Assembly: GCA_041394705.1 (NCBI GenBank)
Contig: JAWKHS010000007.1
Location: 133,057 to 197,056 of the forward strand
Length of the DNA: 64,000 bases
Origin: Vicinamibacterales bacterium
GTDB taxonomy: Bacteria; Acidobacteriota; Vicinamibacteria; Vicinamibacterales; UBA2999
Direction of reading: 5' to 3'
Shown here: positions 27,431 to 39,646 of the stretch, one piece after another
Position numbering within the stretch: position 1 is the first letter of the stretch
Layout: each line of letters starts with the position of its first letter
Position numbers and translations under genes: made by a program
The notes under the pieces: model-generated
Database searches by the model: none
Seen by the model: the letters and a program-made list of their open reading frames with translations, nothing else
Told to the model about the DNA's origin: nothing

Positions 27431-28671
27431 GGCGGCTCGTCACCGCCGCCTGCCTGGCCGTCGTCGCATCGGCGGGTCTGGCCGCGCAGGCCGTGCCGCC
27501 GATCGCCGAGATCCGCGTCCACGGCAACCACTCCACGCCGGACGCCGAGGTCGTGGCCCTGTCGGGCCTGGCGGTCGGCCAGCCGTCCTCGGACGAGGTG
27601 CTCGACGCGGCGCGCGCTCGCATCGAGGCCAGCGGACGCTTCGCGTCGGTGGACGTCCGGCGGCTCGAGCGATCGATCGACGTCCCCGACGACATCATGG
27701 TGATGCTGCTCGTCGAAGAGCGGCCCGGGGTGACGCCCGACGACCTCATGCCCGGGTGGTGGTCGCGCCTGTCGTACAAGCGCATGTGGGCACCCGTGCT
27801 GCGCTACGACGAGGGCTACGGCCTCACCTACGGTCTCCAGCCGGCGATGGAGGACGTATTCGGTCCCCACAGCCGGATCGCGATTCCAGCCACGTGGGGT
27901 GGCGAGCGCCGCATCGGCGTGGAGGCGGAGCGAACGTTCACGGGTCCCGTGATCTCCCGTATCAAGGCCGGCGCGGACCTGCGGCGCAGCGAGCACCCGG
28001 CGTTCGACCGCGTGGAAGAACGCGTCGGCTACTTTGCGCGAGTGGAGCGCGCGCTGGCCCCGGGGCTCCGGCTGGGCGCCGAAGGCGCACACGACCGCGT
28101 GCGGTTCGCCGGGGCTCGCGAGGACGTGAACCGGCTCACCGCGGACCTGCTGCTCGACACCCGCACCGATCCGGCGTTCCCCCGGAATGCCGTCTGGGGC
28201 CGGGCCGCCATCGACCGGCTGGACGTGGCGACAGGCGGGCGGCGCCGCATGCGGGCGGATGCCTCGGGCGCCCTCGGCCTGCCGTTCGGCTCCGCGCTGA
28301 CGCTCCGGGGCTTCCTGACGACGAGCGACGGCGCGCTGCCGCCGTACGAGCAGACCATGATCGGCGGCGGCCTGGCCACGCGCGGCTTCCGCCGCGGCTA
28401 CCGTGTCGGCGACAACGCTGCGGGCGCGTCGCTGACGTGGGCCCTGCCGTTCGGATCGCCGCTCGCCGTCGTGCGCCACGGCGTCCGGACGTTCGTCGAC
28501 TGGGGCGCCGTCTACGACGCCGGCAGCAAGCTGTCCGACGCCTCCTTCGACCGCGGCGCCGGCGTGGGCTGGTTCGCGAACCTCATGGCCTTCAACGCGT
28601 ACGTGGACGTCGCGAGGGGCCGGGGCCAGGGCACGTGGCGCGTGCACGTGCGCTTCGGGACGGGCTTCTGA
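27427..28671 (+). CDS. Omp85 (BamA/TamA) family outer-membrane protein with a single POTRA domain
   Basis: Signal peptide, then POTRA-like IAEIRVHGNHSTPDAEVVALSGLAVGQPSSDEVLDAARARIEASGRFASVDV, then a beta-barrel with C-terminal VHVRFGTGF. ATG overlaps the upstream stop (ATGA). Confidence 0.8.
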   Translation: MRRLVTAACLAVVASAGLAAQAVPPIAEIRVHGNHSTPDAEVVALSGLAVGQPSSDEVLDAARARIEASGRFASVDVRRLERSIDVPDDIMVMLLVEERPGVTPDDLMPGWWSRLSYKRMWAPVLRYDEGYGLTYGLQPAMEDVFGPHSRIAIPATWGGERRIGVEAERTFTGPVISRIKAGADLRRSEHPAFDRVEERVGYFARVERALAPGLRLGAEGAHDRVRFAGAREDVNRLTADLLLDTRTDPAFPRNAVWGRAAIDRLDVATGGRRRMRADASGALGLPFGSALTLRGFLTTSDGALPPYEQTMIGGGLATRGFRRGYRVGDNAAGASLTWALPFGSPLAVVRHGVRTFVDWGAVYDAGSKLSDASFDRGAGVGWFANLMAFNAYVDVARGRGQGTWRVHVRFGTGF

Positions 28672-28684
28672 CCCGGTCCGGACC

Positions 28685-29527
28685 TCAGGCGCGGCCGTCC
28701 AGGACGTACCGCCTGAGCGCCTGAGCCAGCCCGGCCTCGTCGTGTCGTCCGGTGGTCGGGAGGCCGAGGGCGAGCAGCTCGGGCTCGGCGTTGCCCATCA
28801 CCACCGCCGTTCCGGCCCATCGCAGCATGTCCACGTCGTTGTGGTTGTCGCCGATGGCGAAGACCTCATCCCGCGCCACGCCGAGCCGCCTGGCGACGTC
28901 GGCGAGGGCCCGGCCCTTCGTAGCGCCGGCGGCGTTGACGTCCACCAGGGTGAAATCGCGCGCGGGATATGCCGTGACCGACACCGAGACGGCGGAGTCG
29001 GTGTCGATCGCGCCCAGCACGGCGACCAGGCCCGCCATCTCCGCGGCGCCGCCGTTGAAGGCGACCTGCACGGGCGGGTCGGCGTCGACGGCCAGCTCGA
29101 GATCGGGCACCTGGGCGACCAGGTGCCTGATCCGCGCATAGTAGCCGCGACGGTTCGGGCGCTCCCACGACATCCTGTCCACGACGGTCTGGCCGAGCCC
29201 CTCGCGGTCGAACTGCATCAGGGTGTGCTCGCGCCACGCGCGGGTGCCCGCGAGCAGCTGCCGGGCCGTGGCGGCCGGCAGCGGGCGGACCGCGAGCGTC
29301 CCGCCGCCGCGCACGCGGGCGACGGCGCCGTTGTAGCCGACGATGGTCAGCGGGTCCGGCAGCGCGTCGACGGCCTGCAGCGCGAACGGGATGCTCCGGC
29401 CGGTGACGACGACCAGATGGACGCCACACCGGGCCGCCTCGTGGAGCGCGGTCAGGTTCTCGGGTGGAATGCCCCCCGCGCCGTCGAGGAGCGTGCCGTC
29501 GACGTCGATGGCGGCGAGGCGGATCAC
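28685..29527 (-). CDS. HAD-superfamily hydrolase, Cof-type (sugar phosphatase-like)
   Basis: IRLAAIDVDGTLL (DxDGT), VVVTGRS, FAIGDNHNDVDML. GTG start overlaps the upstream stop (GTGA). Confidence 0.85.
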   Translation of the reverse strand: MIRLAAIDVDGTLLDGAGGIPPENLTALHEAARCGVHLVVVTGRSIPFALQAVDALPDPLTIVGYNGAVARVRGGGTLAVRPLPAATARQLLAGTRAWREHTLMQFDREGLGQTVVDRMSWERPNRRGYYARIRHLVAQVPDLELAVDADPPVQVAFNGGAAEMAGLVAVLGAIDTDSAVSVSVTAYPARDFTLVDVNAAGATKGRALADVARRLGVARDEVFAIGDNHNDVDMLRWAGTAVVMGNAEPELLALGLPTTGRHDEAGLAQALRRYVLDGRA

Positions 29528-29958
29528 CCCGTGATGCGCTTGACGAACGCGTCGTAGGCGTCCGGGCTCTGCGCCTGCATGTGGCGCGAGAAGTCGAGGG
29601 CCGTGCGCTCGAGATTGGCCATGTACGATGGGTCCTTGTAGGCCTCGCGGATCTGCGGCAGGACGACCCGCAGCCGTTCGTAGACGAGCAGGAGCTCACG
29701 GCCGCTCTGGAAGAACAGCTCCTTGTTGAGGACGCCGGAGACGATGAAGGACGCCACCATGTCCCAGTAGGAGATCACCATCCGGTACGACGCGTTCTCT
29801 CGACTGCCCGGAGGGGCCAGCGCAGCCATGTCGTCCCACGTCTTCGGCCGGAAATGGGCGGTGAACCACGCGCGCGCGTCGCGCATGCGGTCCTCGCGCC
29901 GGAGCTCGTAGAGCCGCAGGATCAGGTTCACGTCGTCGTATGTCGGTCGGGAGATCAT
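29524..29958 (-). CDS. Hypothetical protein (144 aa), no family recognised
   Basis: Protein-like, non-repetitive sequence (YDDVNLILRLYELRREDRMRDARAWF...). Translationally coupled to the HAD hydrolase gene. Confidence 0.6.
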   Translation of the reverse strand: MISRPTYDDVNLILRLYELRREDRMRDARAWFTAHFRPKTWDDMAALAPPGSRENASYRMVISYWDMVASFIVSGVLNKELFFQSGRELLLVYERLRVVLPQIREAYKDPSYMANLERTALDFSRHMQAQSPDAYDAFVKRITG

Positions 29959-29998
29959 CGCGCTCGTGTCCTCCGCAGGACGAACCGTTGTCGTGTAC

Positions 29999-30004
29999 TA
30001 CAAT
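29999..30004 (+). promoter_or_regulatory. -10-like hexamer TACAAT, 9 nt before the sucA GTG (possible leaderless transcript)
   Basis: Read directly: GTACTACAATAATTGAGCCGTG. Confidence 0.3.
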
Positions 30005-30013
30005 AATTGAGCC

Positions 30014-32827
30014 GTGAATCCCTGGGATGACTTTACCGGCGCGAATGCGGGCTTCGTCCAGGAGCTCTACGAGCGCTACGAACGCGACCCGGCGTCGGTG
30101 GACGCCGGGACGCGCGAGGCCTTTCGCCTCTGGGGCCGGCCGCCCGCTCCCGCTGGCGCCGCGGGTCAGGGCGCCGCTGCCGGTGGGGCGGACCTCGCCG
30201 CGGCGATCGGCGCGGTCACGCTGGCGGAGTCGATCCGCCGGTACGGCCACCTGGCCGCCACGCTCGATCCCATCGGCTTCGACCCTCCGGCGGGCGACCC
30301 CTCCCTTCGATCCGAGTCACACGGCCTGACCGAGGCGGCGCTCCGTGCCGTGCCCGCGGGCATCGTCGGGGGGCCGTCGGCCGCGGGGGCCGCCAACGCG
30401 TTGGAAGCGATCGAGCGCCTGCGCGCCATCTACTGCGGCACGACCGGCCACGACCACTCCCACGTGTTCGTGCCCGAGGAGCGCACCTGGCTTCGCGAGG
30501 CCATCGAGTCCCGGCGCTTCCGGCCCCCGATCGACCCGGTCGACGGCCGGGAGGTGCTCGACAGGCTGAGCCAGGTCGAGACGTTCGAGCGATTCCTGCA
30601 GCGCACGTTCCCGGGCAAGACGCGCTTCTCTATCGAGGGATTGGACGTCCTCATCCCGGTGCTCGACGAGATCATCGCGGACGCGGCGGCCGGCGGCGTC
30701 CGCCACGTGCTCATCGCGATGGCCCACCGCGGGCGGCTCAACGTCCTGGCGCACGTGATGCGCAAGCCGTACGCCCAGATTCTGGCCGAGTTCAAGGATC
30801 CGCTCTTCTCGCGCAGCAGCCGGATCGATCTGGGCTGGATGGGCGACGTGAAGTACCACGCCGGTGCGCGCGTGGAACAGCCCGACCGCCCGACCACCCT
30901 CGTCATCACGATGCCGCCCAACCCGAGCCACCTCGAGGCGGTCGATCCCGTGCTCGTCGGGATGGCCCGCGCGGCAGCCACGTCCACGGCGGAGCCGGGA
31001 CCACCGGTGCTCGCGACGGAGGCCGTGCTCGGCATCCTGATCCACGGCGACGCGGCGTTCCCGGGCCAGGGCATCGTCGCGGAGACGCTCAACCTCTCGC
31101 GCCTCAGCGGGTGGCAGGTCGGCGGGACCATCCACATCATCGCGAACAACCAGCTCGGGTTCACGGCCGACCCCCACGAGTCGTTCTCGACGAGCTACGC
31201 GAGCGGCCTGGCGCGCGGGTTCAAGGTGCCGATCGTCCACGTGAACGCCGACGATCCGGAAGCGTCCATCGAAGCCGCGCGGCTCGCCTGGGCCTACCGC
31301 CAGCGCTTCGGACTCGACTTCCTCATCGATCTCGTGGGCTACCGGCGCCACGGCCACAACGAAGGCGACGAGCCGGCCTTCACCCAGCCGCGGCTCTACC
31401 GGCTCGTGTCCGCCCACCGCACCGTGCGCCAGATCTACGCCGAGGCCCTGGTCTCCTCGGGCGCGATTCCCGCCGTGGCGCCGGACGAGATGCTCGCCCG
31501 CCACTCGGCGACGCTCGAGTCCACCTACGCGGCGCTCGTGCCCGACGAGCAGTACATCCCCGACCTGCCCACGGTGCCGCCGAGCGGCGCCGCCGGGCGC
31601 GTGCAGACGGCGGTGGCGCTCGATCGCCTGGTCGAACTGAACGACGCCCTGGCCCGGGTGCCCGACGGCTTCACCGTCCACAAGAAGCTCGAGCGGGGAC
31701 GCGAGCGCCGGAAGGCCATGCTCGCAACACCCGACGAGGCCACGGTGGACTGGGCCGCCGCCGAGGAACTGGCCCTGGCGTCGGTCCTCGCCGACGGCAT
31801 TCCGATCCGGTTCACGGGCGAGGATGTCGAGCGCGGCACGTTCAGCCAGCGGCATGCGGTGCTCCACGACGCCGAGACCGGCGAGCGTCACGTGCCGCTG
31901 CAGCGCCTCCCCCAGTCGAAGGCGTCCTTCGAGATCCACAACACGGCGCTCTCGGAGCTCGCCGTGCTCGGATTCGAGGTCGGCTACAACCTGTACGACC
32001 CGCGCCAGCTCGTGCTCTGGGAAGCGCAGTACGGCGACTTCATCAACGGCGCCCAGACGATCCTCGACGAGTACCTGATGTCGGGCCGCGCGAAGTGGGG
32101 CCTGACCCCGTCGATCGTGCTCCTGCTGCCGCACGGCTACGAAGGTCAGGGGCCCGATCACTCCAGCGCGCGCGTCGAGCGTTTCCTGCAGCTCGCCGCC
32201 GACCTCAACGTCCGCATCGTGAACTGCACGACCGCCGCCCAGTACTTCCACGTGCTGCGGCGGCAGGCCCTGCTGCTCGCCACCGACCCGCTGCCCCTCG
32301 TGATGCTGACGCCGAAGAGCCTGCTGCGGCACCCGATGGTGGCCTCCGCCCCACGCGCGCTCGCGGAGGGCCGCTTCCTGCCCGTGATCGACGACGATCG
32401 CGTCGCGGGCGCGCCGGGCAAGGTCCGGCGGCTGCTGCTCTGCAGCGGCAAGGTCTACGTGGATCTCGCCTCGAGCGAGGTCGCCAAGTCCGGCCCCGGG
32501 GTGGCCGTCGTCCGCCTGGAACAGCTCTACCCGTTCCCGGCCGAGGCCCTGACGTCGGTGATCGACCGCTACTCCAAGCTGCGCGAAGTGTGCTGGGTGC
32601 AGGAAGAGCCAGAAAACATGGGTGCCTGGGACTTCGTCCGCCCGGAGCTCGAGCGCGTGATCGACGGACGGTGGCCGCTGCGATACATCGGCCGGGTCCG
32701 CAATTCCAGCCCGTCCGAGGGGTCGGCCACGTGGCATCAGGTGAATCAGCGCGCGCTGGTCGCGCGCGCCTTCGAGACCGGCGTGGATGCCCAGGGTGGG
32801 GACCGCGTCGTGATGAAGCAGGCCTAG
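30014..32827 (+). CDS. sucA: 2-oxoglutarate dehydrogenase E1 component
   Basis: 937 aa. [83 protein letters not shown]. Confidence 0.95.
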   Translation: MNPWDDFTGANAGFVQELYERYERDPASVDAGTREAFRLWGRPPAPAGAAGQGAAAGGADLAAAIGAVTLAESIRRYGHLAATLDPIGFDPPAGDPSLRSESHGLTEAALRAVPAGIVGGPSAAGAANALEAIERLRAIYCGTTGHDHSHVFVPEERTWLREAIESRRFRPPIDPVDGREVLDRLSQVETFERFLQRTFPGKTRFSIEGLDVLIPVLDEIIADAAAGGVRHVLIAMAHRGRLNVLAHVMRKPYAQILAEFKDPLFSRSSRIDLGWMGDVKYHAGARVEQPDRPTTLVITMPPNPSHLEAVDPVLVGMARAAATSTAEPGPPVLATEAVLGILIHGDAAFPGQGIVAETLNLSRLSGWQVGGTIHIIANNQLGFTADPHESFSTSYASGLARGFKVPIVHVNADDPEASIEAARLAWAYRQRFGLDFLIDLVGYRRHGHNEGDEPAFTQPRLYRLVSAHRTVRQIYAEALVSSGAIPAVAPDEMLARHSATLESTYAALVPDEQYIPDLPTVPPSGAAGRVQTAVALDRLVELNDALARVPDGFTVHKKLERGRERRKAMLATPDEATVDWAAAEELALASVLADGIPIRFTGEDVERGTFSQRHAVLHDAETGERHVPLQRLPQSKASFEIHNTALSELAVLGFEVGYNLYDPRQLVLWEAQYGDFINGAQTILDEYLMSGRAKWGLTPSIVLLLPHGYEGQGPDHSSARVERFLQLAADLNVRIVNCTTAAQYFHVLRRQALLLATDPLPLVMLTPKSLLRHPMVASAPRALAEGRFLPVIDDDRVAGAPGKVRRLLLCSGKVYVDLASSEVAKSGPGVAVVRLEQLYPFPAEALTSVIDRYSKLREVCWVQEEPENMGAWDFVRPELERVIDGRWPLRYIGRVRNSSPSEGSATWHQVNQRALVARAFETGVDAQGGDRVVMKQA

Positions 32828-32876
32828 CAGCCCGGGCTGCTGGCCTGCCAGGCTCGATGAGGACTGGGGAATCATC

Positions 32877-34061
32877 GTGAACATCGTGGTGCCCGAACTG
32901 GGCGAGTCGGTGGTCGAAGCGCGTGTCGCGCGCTGGCTGAAGAAGGCAGGCGACCAGGTCGCGATGGGCGAGCCCCTCGTCGAGCTGGAGACCGAGAAGA
33001 TCGATCTCGAGGTGGCCGCCGACCGCGCGGGCGTGCTCGTGTCGATCGCGCACGGCGACGGCGCCGACGTGAAGGTGGGCGAGGTGCTCGGCGTCCTGGA
33101 CCCGTCGGCGGCGGGCACCGCGCCGGCAGCGGGGTCAGCGCCGCCGCCCGCCGAACCGGCCCCTCCGGCGGCGCAGGCCGCGGCCCCGGCCCCGAAGGCG
33201 ACACCCGCCGCCAGGAACGTGGCTCGCGACCTGGCCGTGAACCTCGCCGACGTCCCGGCGACCGGCCCGCGGGTCAGGAAGGACGACGTCCGGCAGCACG
33301 CCGCGGGCACGCCGGCGCCCCAGCCGGCACCCGCCGTGCCGGCGGCGCCAGCTCCGGGCAGCCGCGCCGAGGAGCGGGTACGCATGAGCAAGCGCCGGGC
33401 GACGATCGCCCGGCGGCTGGTCGAGGCGCAGCGCACGGCCGCCATGCTCACGACCTTCAACGACGTGGACATGACCGCCGTCATGGCGCTCAGGGCCCGG
33501 CACAAGGAGGCGTTCCAGAAGCGGCACGGCGTGGGTCTGGGGATCGCGTCGTTCTTCGTCAAGGCGGCCGTCGCGGCGTTGAAGGCGTTCCCGGAGTTGA
33601 ACGCCGAGATTCAGGGCGACGAGATCGTCTACAAACGCTACGTCGACATCGGCGTCGCCGTGGGCGCCGAAGGCGGCCTCGTCGTGCCAGTCCTGCGGGA
33701 CGCGGACCGGATGACGTTCGCCGGCGTGGAACTGGCCATCCGCGATTTCGCGGCCCGCGCGGGCAACGGCACGCTGACGCTCGACGACCTCAAGGGCGGC
33801 ACCTTCACGATCACCAACGGCGGCGTGTTCGGCTCCCTCATGAGCACGCCCATCCTCAATCCGCCGCAGGTCGGCATCCTCGGCCTCCACAAGATCGCCG
33901 ACCGGGCGGTCCCCGTGAACGGCCAGGTCGCGATCCGCCCGATGATGTACGTGGCCCTGAGCTACGACCATCGGCTGGTAGACGGGCGCGAGGCGGTGCA
34001 GTTCCTCGTCAAGATCAAGGAGTGCATCGAGGATCCGGCGCTGCTGCTGGTGGAGGGGTGA
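32877..34061 (+). CDS. sucB: Dihydrolipoamide succinyltransferase (2-oxoglutarate dehydrogenase E2)
   Basis: Lipoyl domain ([12 protein letters not shown]), linker, E3-binding segment, and catalytic domain ([17 protein letters not shown]). Immediately follows sucA. Confidence 0.95.
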   Translation: MNIVVPELGESVVEARVARWLKKAGDQVAMGEPLVELETEKIDLEVAADRAGVLVSIAHGDGADVKVGEVLGVLDPSAAGTAPAAGSAPPPAEPAPPAAQAAAPAPKATPAARNVARDLAVNLADVPATGPRVRKDDVRQHAAGTPAPQPAPAVPAAPAPGSRAEERVRMSKRRATIARRLVEAQRTAAMLTTFNDVDMTAVMALRARHKEAFQKRHGVGLGIASFFVKAAVAALKAFPELNAEIQGDEIVYKRYVDIGVAVGAEGGLVVPVLRDADRMTFAGVELAIRDFAARAGNGTLTLDDLKGGTFTITNGGVFGSLMSTPILNPPQVGILGLHKIADRAVPVNGQVAIRPMMYVALSYDHRLVDGREAVQFLVKIKECIEDPALLLVEG

Positions 34062-34104
34062 GCCACCTGCGTTAGAATCGCCGCACCCTAGAGGATTCGG
34101 CACC

Positions 34105-34677
34105 GTGGAACCCAGCGCGACGATACTCCTCCATGCCTGGAGGGGCGGCGAGGCCACTGCCCTCGATCGCCTGCTGCCGCTCGTCTACGACGAGCTGGCG
34201 CGGATCGCGCGCGGCGCGCTGAGGTCCGAGCGGCCCGACCACACGCTGCAGACGCGGGCCCTCGTGCACGAAGCCTACCTGCGCCTCATCGACGCCGACG
34301 TCTCGTGGCAGGACAAGGCGCACTTCATGGCCGTGGCGGCGCGGACCATGCGGCGGGTGCTCGTGGATCACGCCCGCAGCCGGCGCCGGCAGAAGCGGGG
34401 CGGCGGCGCGGTGAAGGTCGAGCTCGACGACGTCGCCGCCGTGGTCGGCGGCCCGTCCGTGGACGTGCTCGACCTGCACGAGGTCCTCGAACGGCTGTCC
34501 GCCTTCGACGCGCGCAAGGCGCAGATCGTCGAACTGCACTTCTTCGGCGGCCTCAGCTACGAGGAGACGGCGGAAGCCGTCGGGGTGTCGCCGGCCACCG
34601 TGGATCGCGAGCTGCGGATGGCCAAGGCGTGGCTCCGCCACGAACTCACGACCGGGGGCGGGGCCGCAGCCGAGTAG
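34105..34677 (+). CDS. ECF-type sigma factor of the subgroup usually paired with Ser/Thr kinases
   Basis: LLHAWRGGEATALDRLLPLVYDELARIARG, TLQTRALVHEAYLRL, HFMAVAARTMRRVLVDHAR, FGGLSYEETAEAVGVSPATVDRELRMAKAWL. The kinase gene starts 7 nt downstream. Confidence 0.85.
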   Translation: MEPSATILLHAWRGGEATALDRLLPLVYDELARIARGALRSERPDHTLQTRALVHEAYLRLIDADVSWQDKAHFMAVAARTMRRVLVDHARSRRRQKRGGGAVKVELDDVAAVVGGPSVDVLDLHEVLERLSAFDARKAQIVELHFFGGLSYEETAEAVGVSPATVDRELRMAKAWLRHELTTGGGAAAE

Positions 34678-34683
34678 CGCGCG

Positions 34684-37566
<2,883 letters not shown>

Positions 37567-37567
37567 C

Positions 37568-37584
37568 CCGGGCCACCGGCCCGG
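37568..37584 (+). terminator. GC hairpin CCGGGCC-ACC-GGCCCGG immediately after the kinase stop (no U-tract)
   Basis: Read directly: perfect 7-bp stem with a 3-nt loop. Confidence 0.35.
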
Positions 37585-37826
37585 CCGACCGCCCGTCCAG
37601 TCGCCCGCGTCAGGCCCGCCCTGTGATGACCAAGTTCTGGATTGGCCGCTAAGTAGTTGGGCCATTCGAGCAATTTAATACCGACATGGATTGACTTTTG
37701 TTCTCCGACTGGTCCCTGATAACGATGACGCCATCAGTCCCAGAACGCTCCAGGGATATGCACGATCAGCCAGACTTTCACGCGGATTCGTCGACTTTTC
37801 CTGGGGATTTCGACAGGATTCCGGCG

Positions 37827-37842
37827 CGGCCCCGTTCTTGCT
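37827..37842 (+). promoter_or_regulatory. Candidate sigma54 (-24/-12) promoter CGGCCC-CGTTC-TTGCT upstream of the EPS operon
   Basis: GG-N10-GC spacing is correct and the -12 TTGC is perfect. It shares the 10-mer CCGTTCTTGC with the promoter candidate at 49670-49685. Lies 105 nt upstream of ATG 37947, inside the AT-richer intergenic region. Confidence 0.45.
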
Positions 37843-37946
37843 CGGGGCGTGGTGCGGCCCGACAAAATGGCTGGCCTGAGCCGGCCGAGGCTTCCGTCGC
37901 AGTTGCGCGCGGGGAGCCCAGGGACCGACTTGCGAGGACGAACGAC

Positions 37947-39017
37947 ATGCTTTCGGCAGCCGCGGAACCGCAACTGATTGGGGACAGTCCCGCCGTCAAC
38001 GACCTGCGCATCGACATCGAGCGCACGGCGCGTTCGGATGCGAAGGTGCTCATCACGGGTGAGAGCGGCGTCGGCAAGGAGCTGGTGGCGCGGGCCGTCC
38101 ACGCCCATTCGGCTCGCGCGGCCCGGCCGTTCGTGGCCGTCAACTGCGCCGGCCTCCCGGAGACCCTGCTCGAATCCGAGCTGTTCGGTCATGTGAAGGG
38201 CAGTTTCACGGGGGCGTACCGCGACAAGCAGGGCAAGCTCGAGATGGCCGATGGCGGGACCCTCTTCCTCGACGAAGTCGGGGAAATGACCCTGCGGATG
38301 CAGGGGCTGCTGCTGCGCTTCCTCGAGACGGGCGAACTGCAGAAGGTGGGGGCCGACCGGTCCAAGGCCACGGTGAACATCCGCGTCATTGCGGCCACGA
38401 ATCGGAACCTTCGCGAGCTGATCGCCCAGCAGGCGTTCCGGGAGGACCTCTACTACCGGCTCAACGTCATCCATCTCGTGGTGCCGCCTCTTCGGGAGCG
38501 CCGCGGCGACATCCCGGAACTCGTGGAGCGCTTCGTGCAAAGAAGTACGGCGAGCGGCCACTACGTGCTCCGGTCGGTGTCCCCGGAAGCCATGGAGGCC
38601 CTCACGAAGTACTCATGGCCCGGGAACGTCCGCGAGTTGCAGAACCTCGTCGAGCGCCTGGCCGTCACCTGCCAGCGCGAGGTGGCGATGCCGGACGATC
38701 TGCCTCCCGAGGTGCGGCTGCTGCCCGTGGGCGCCTACCGGCCGCGCCGCGAACGGCGGCGGACGGTGTCCGACGAGCTCTACCAGAAGCTCGTGGATAC
38801 CGGCGAATCGTTCTGGACCCTCGTCTATCCTCTGTACATGCAGCGCGAGATCACGCGCGGCAACTTGCGCGACCTGGTCCGGAAGGGGCTCCAGGAGGCG
38901 CGCGGCAACTATCGGATCGTCGTGCGACTCTTCAACATGGCTCCGACCGACTACAAGCGCTTCCTCAACTTCCTGCGCACGCACGAGTGCCAGGTTTCGT
39001 TCAAGGAGTTCAGGTGA
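37947..39017 (+). CDS. Sigma54-dependent transcriptional activator consisting only of AAA+ and C-terminal DNA-binding regions (no receiver/GAF/PAS domain)
   Basis: Only 8 residues precede LIGDSPAVNDL. ITGESGVGKELVA, GHVKGSFTGA (GAFTGA variant), GTLFLDEVGEM, KVGADRS. The track ORF start at 37698 lies in sequence without coding-type GC3 bias and upstream of the promoter candidate. Confidence 0.85.
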   Translation: MLSAAAEPQLIGDSPAVNDLRIDIERTARSDAKVLITGESGVGKELVARAVHAHSARAARPFVAVNCAGLPETLLESELFGHVKGSFTGAYRDKQGKLEMADGGTLFLDEVGEMTLRMQGLLLRFLETGELQKVGADRSKATVNIRVIAATNRNLRELIAQQAFREDLYYRLNVIHLVVPPLRERRGDIPELVERFVQRSTASGHYVLRSVSPEAMEALTKYSWPGNVRELQNLVERLAVTCQREVAMPDDLPPEVRLLPVGAYRPRRERRRTVSDELYQKLVDTGESFWTLVYPLYMQREITRGNLRDLVRKGLQEARGNYRIVVRLFNMAPTDYKRFLNFLRTHECQVSFKEFR

Positions 39018-39646
39018 AGGCGCCACTCTCGCTCGCACTCGCGCTGCTCGTGTCGTCCACCCTTGGCGTGCAGGCGCGCCAGGCCACCACTCCCCAGCCG
39101 CCTCCCGCCGCACGCCAGGCTGCACAGCCCACACCCGGGACGGCGAAGGGCGTGGACGCGCCGCCCGACTACGTGATCGGCCCCGACGACGTGCTGGACG
39201 TGATCGTCTGGCGCGAGAAGGAGCTGTCCACCGACGTCAAGGTCAGGCCCGACGGCAAGGTCTCCCTGCCCCTGCTGAACGACGTCCAGGCGGCGGGCCT
39301 GACGCCCGAGGAGTTCCGGCTGGCGCTCACCGAGGCCGCGGCCAAGTTCGTGGAAGATCCGAGCGTCACCGTCATCGTCAAGCAGATCAACAGCCGCATG
39401 GTGTTCGTGATGGGCGAGGTGGTGAAGCCCGGCACCTACCCGCTCACGGCGCCGACCACGGTGCTGCAGATGCTGGCGCTGGCCGGCGGTCCGACCACCT
39501 ACGCGAAGCTGGACGAGATCGGCGTCGTGCGGACCGTGGGCGGCAAGACGACGCGGCACCTGTTCAACTACAAGGACGTCACCCGCGGCCGCAAGATGGA
39601 GCAGAACATCGTGCTCCGGCCTGGCGACACGGTCATCGTTCCATGA
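39014..39646 (+). CDS. Polysaccharide export protein (Wza-like Poly_export + SLBB; PEP-CTERM-locus type)
   Basis: Real gene is the 3' part of track ORF 38615..39646. Signal peptide VKAPLSLALALLVSSTLGVQA. YVIGPDDVLDVIVWREKELSTDVKVRPDGKVSLPLLNDVQAAGLTPEEF; GEVVKPGTYPL. GTG overlaps the upstream stop (GTGA). Confidence 0.85.
   Translation: MKAPLSLALALLVSSTLGVQARQATTPQPPPAARQAAQPTPGTAKGVDAPPDYVIGPDDVLDVIVWREKELSTDVKVRPDGKVSLPLLNDVQAAGLTPEEFRLALTEAAAKFVEDPSVTVIVKQINSRMVFVMGEVVKPGTYPLTAPTTVLQMLALAGGPTTYAKLDEIGVVRTVGGKTTRHLFNYKDVTRGRKMEQNIVLRPGDTVIVP

Noticed and set aside
37691-37879. 62-aa ORF, and the N-terminal extension of track ORF 37698..39017, in the intergenic region upstream of the activator
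   Set aside because: Third-codon positions lack the strong G/C bias seen in every convincing gene here. The region is AT-richer, contains repeated short motifs and the promoter candidate, and the AAA+ homology begins right after ATG 37947.
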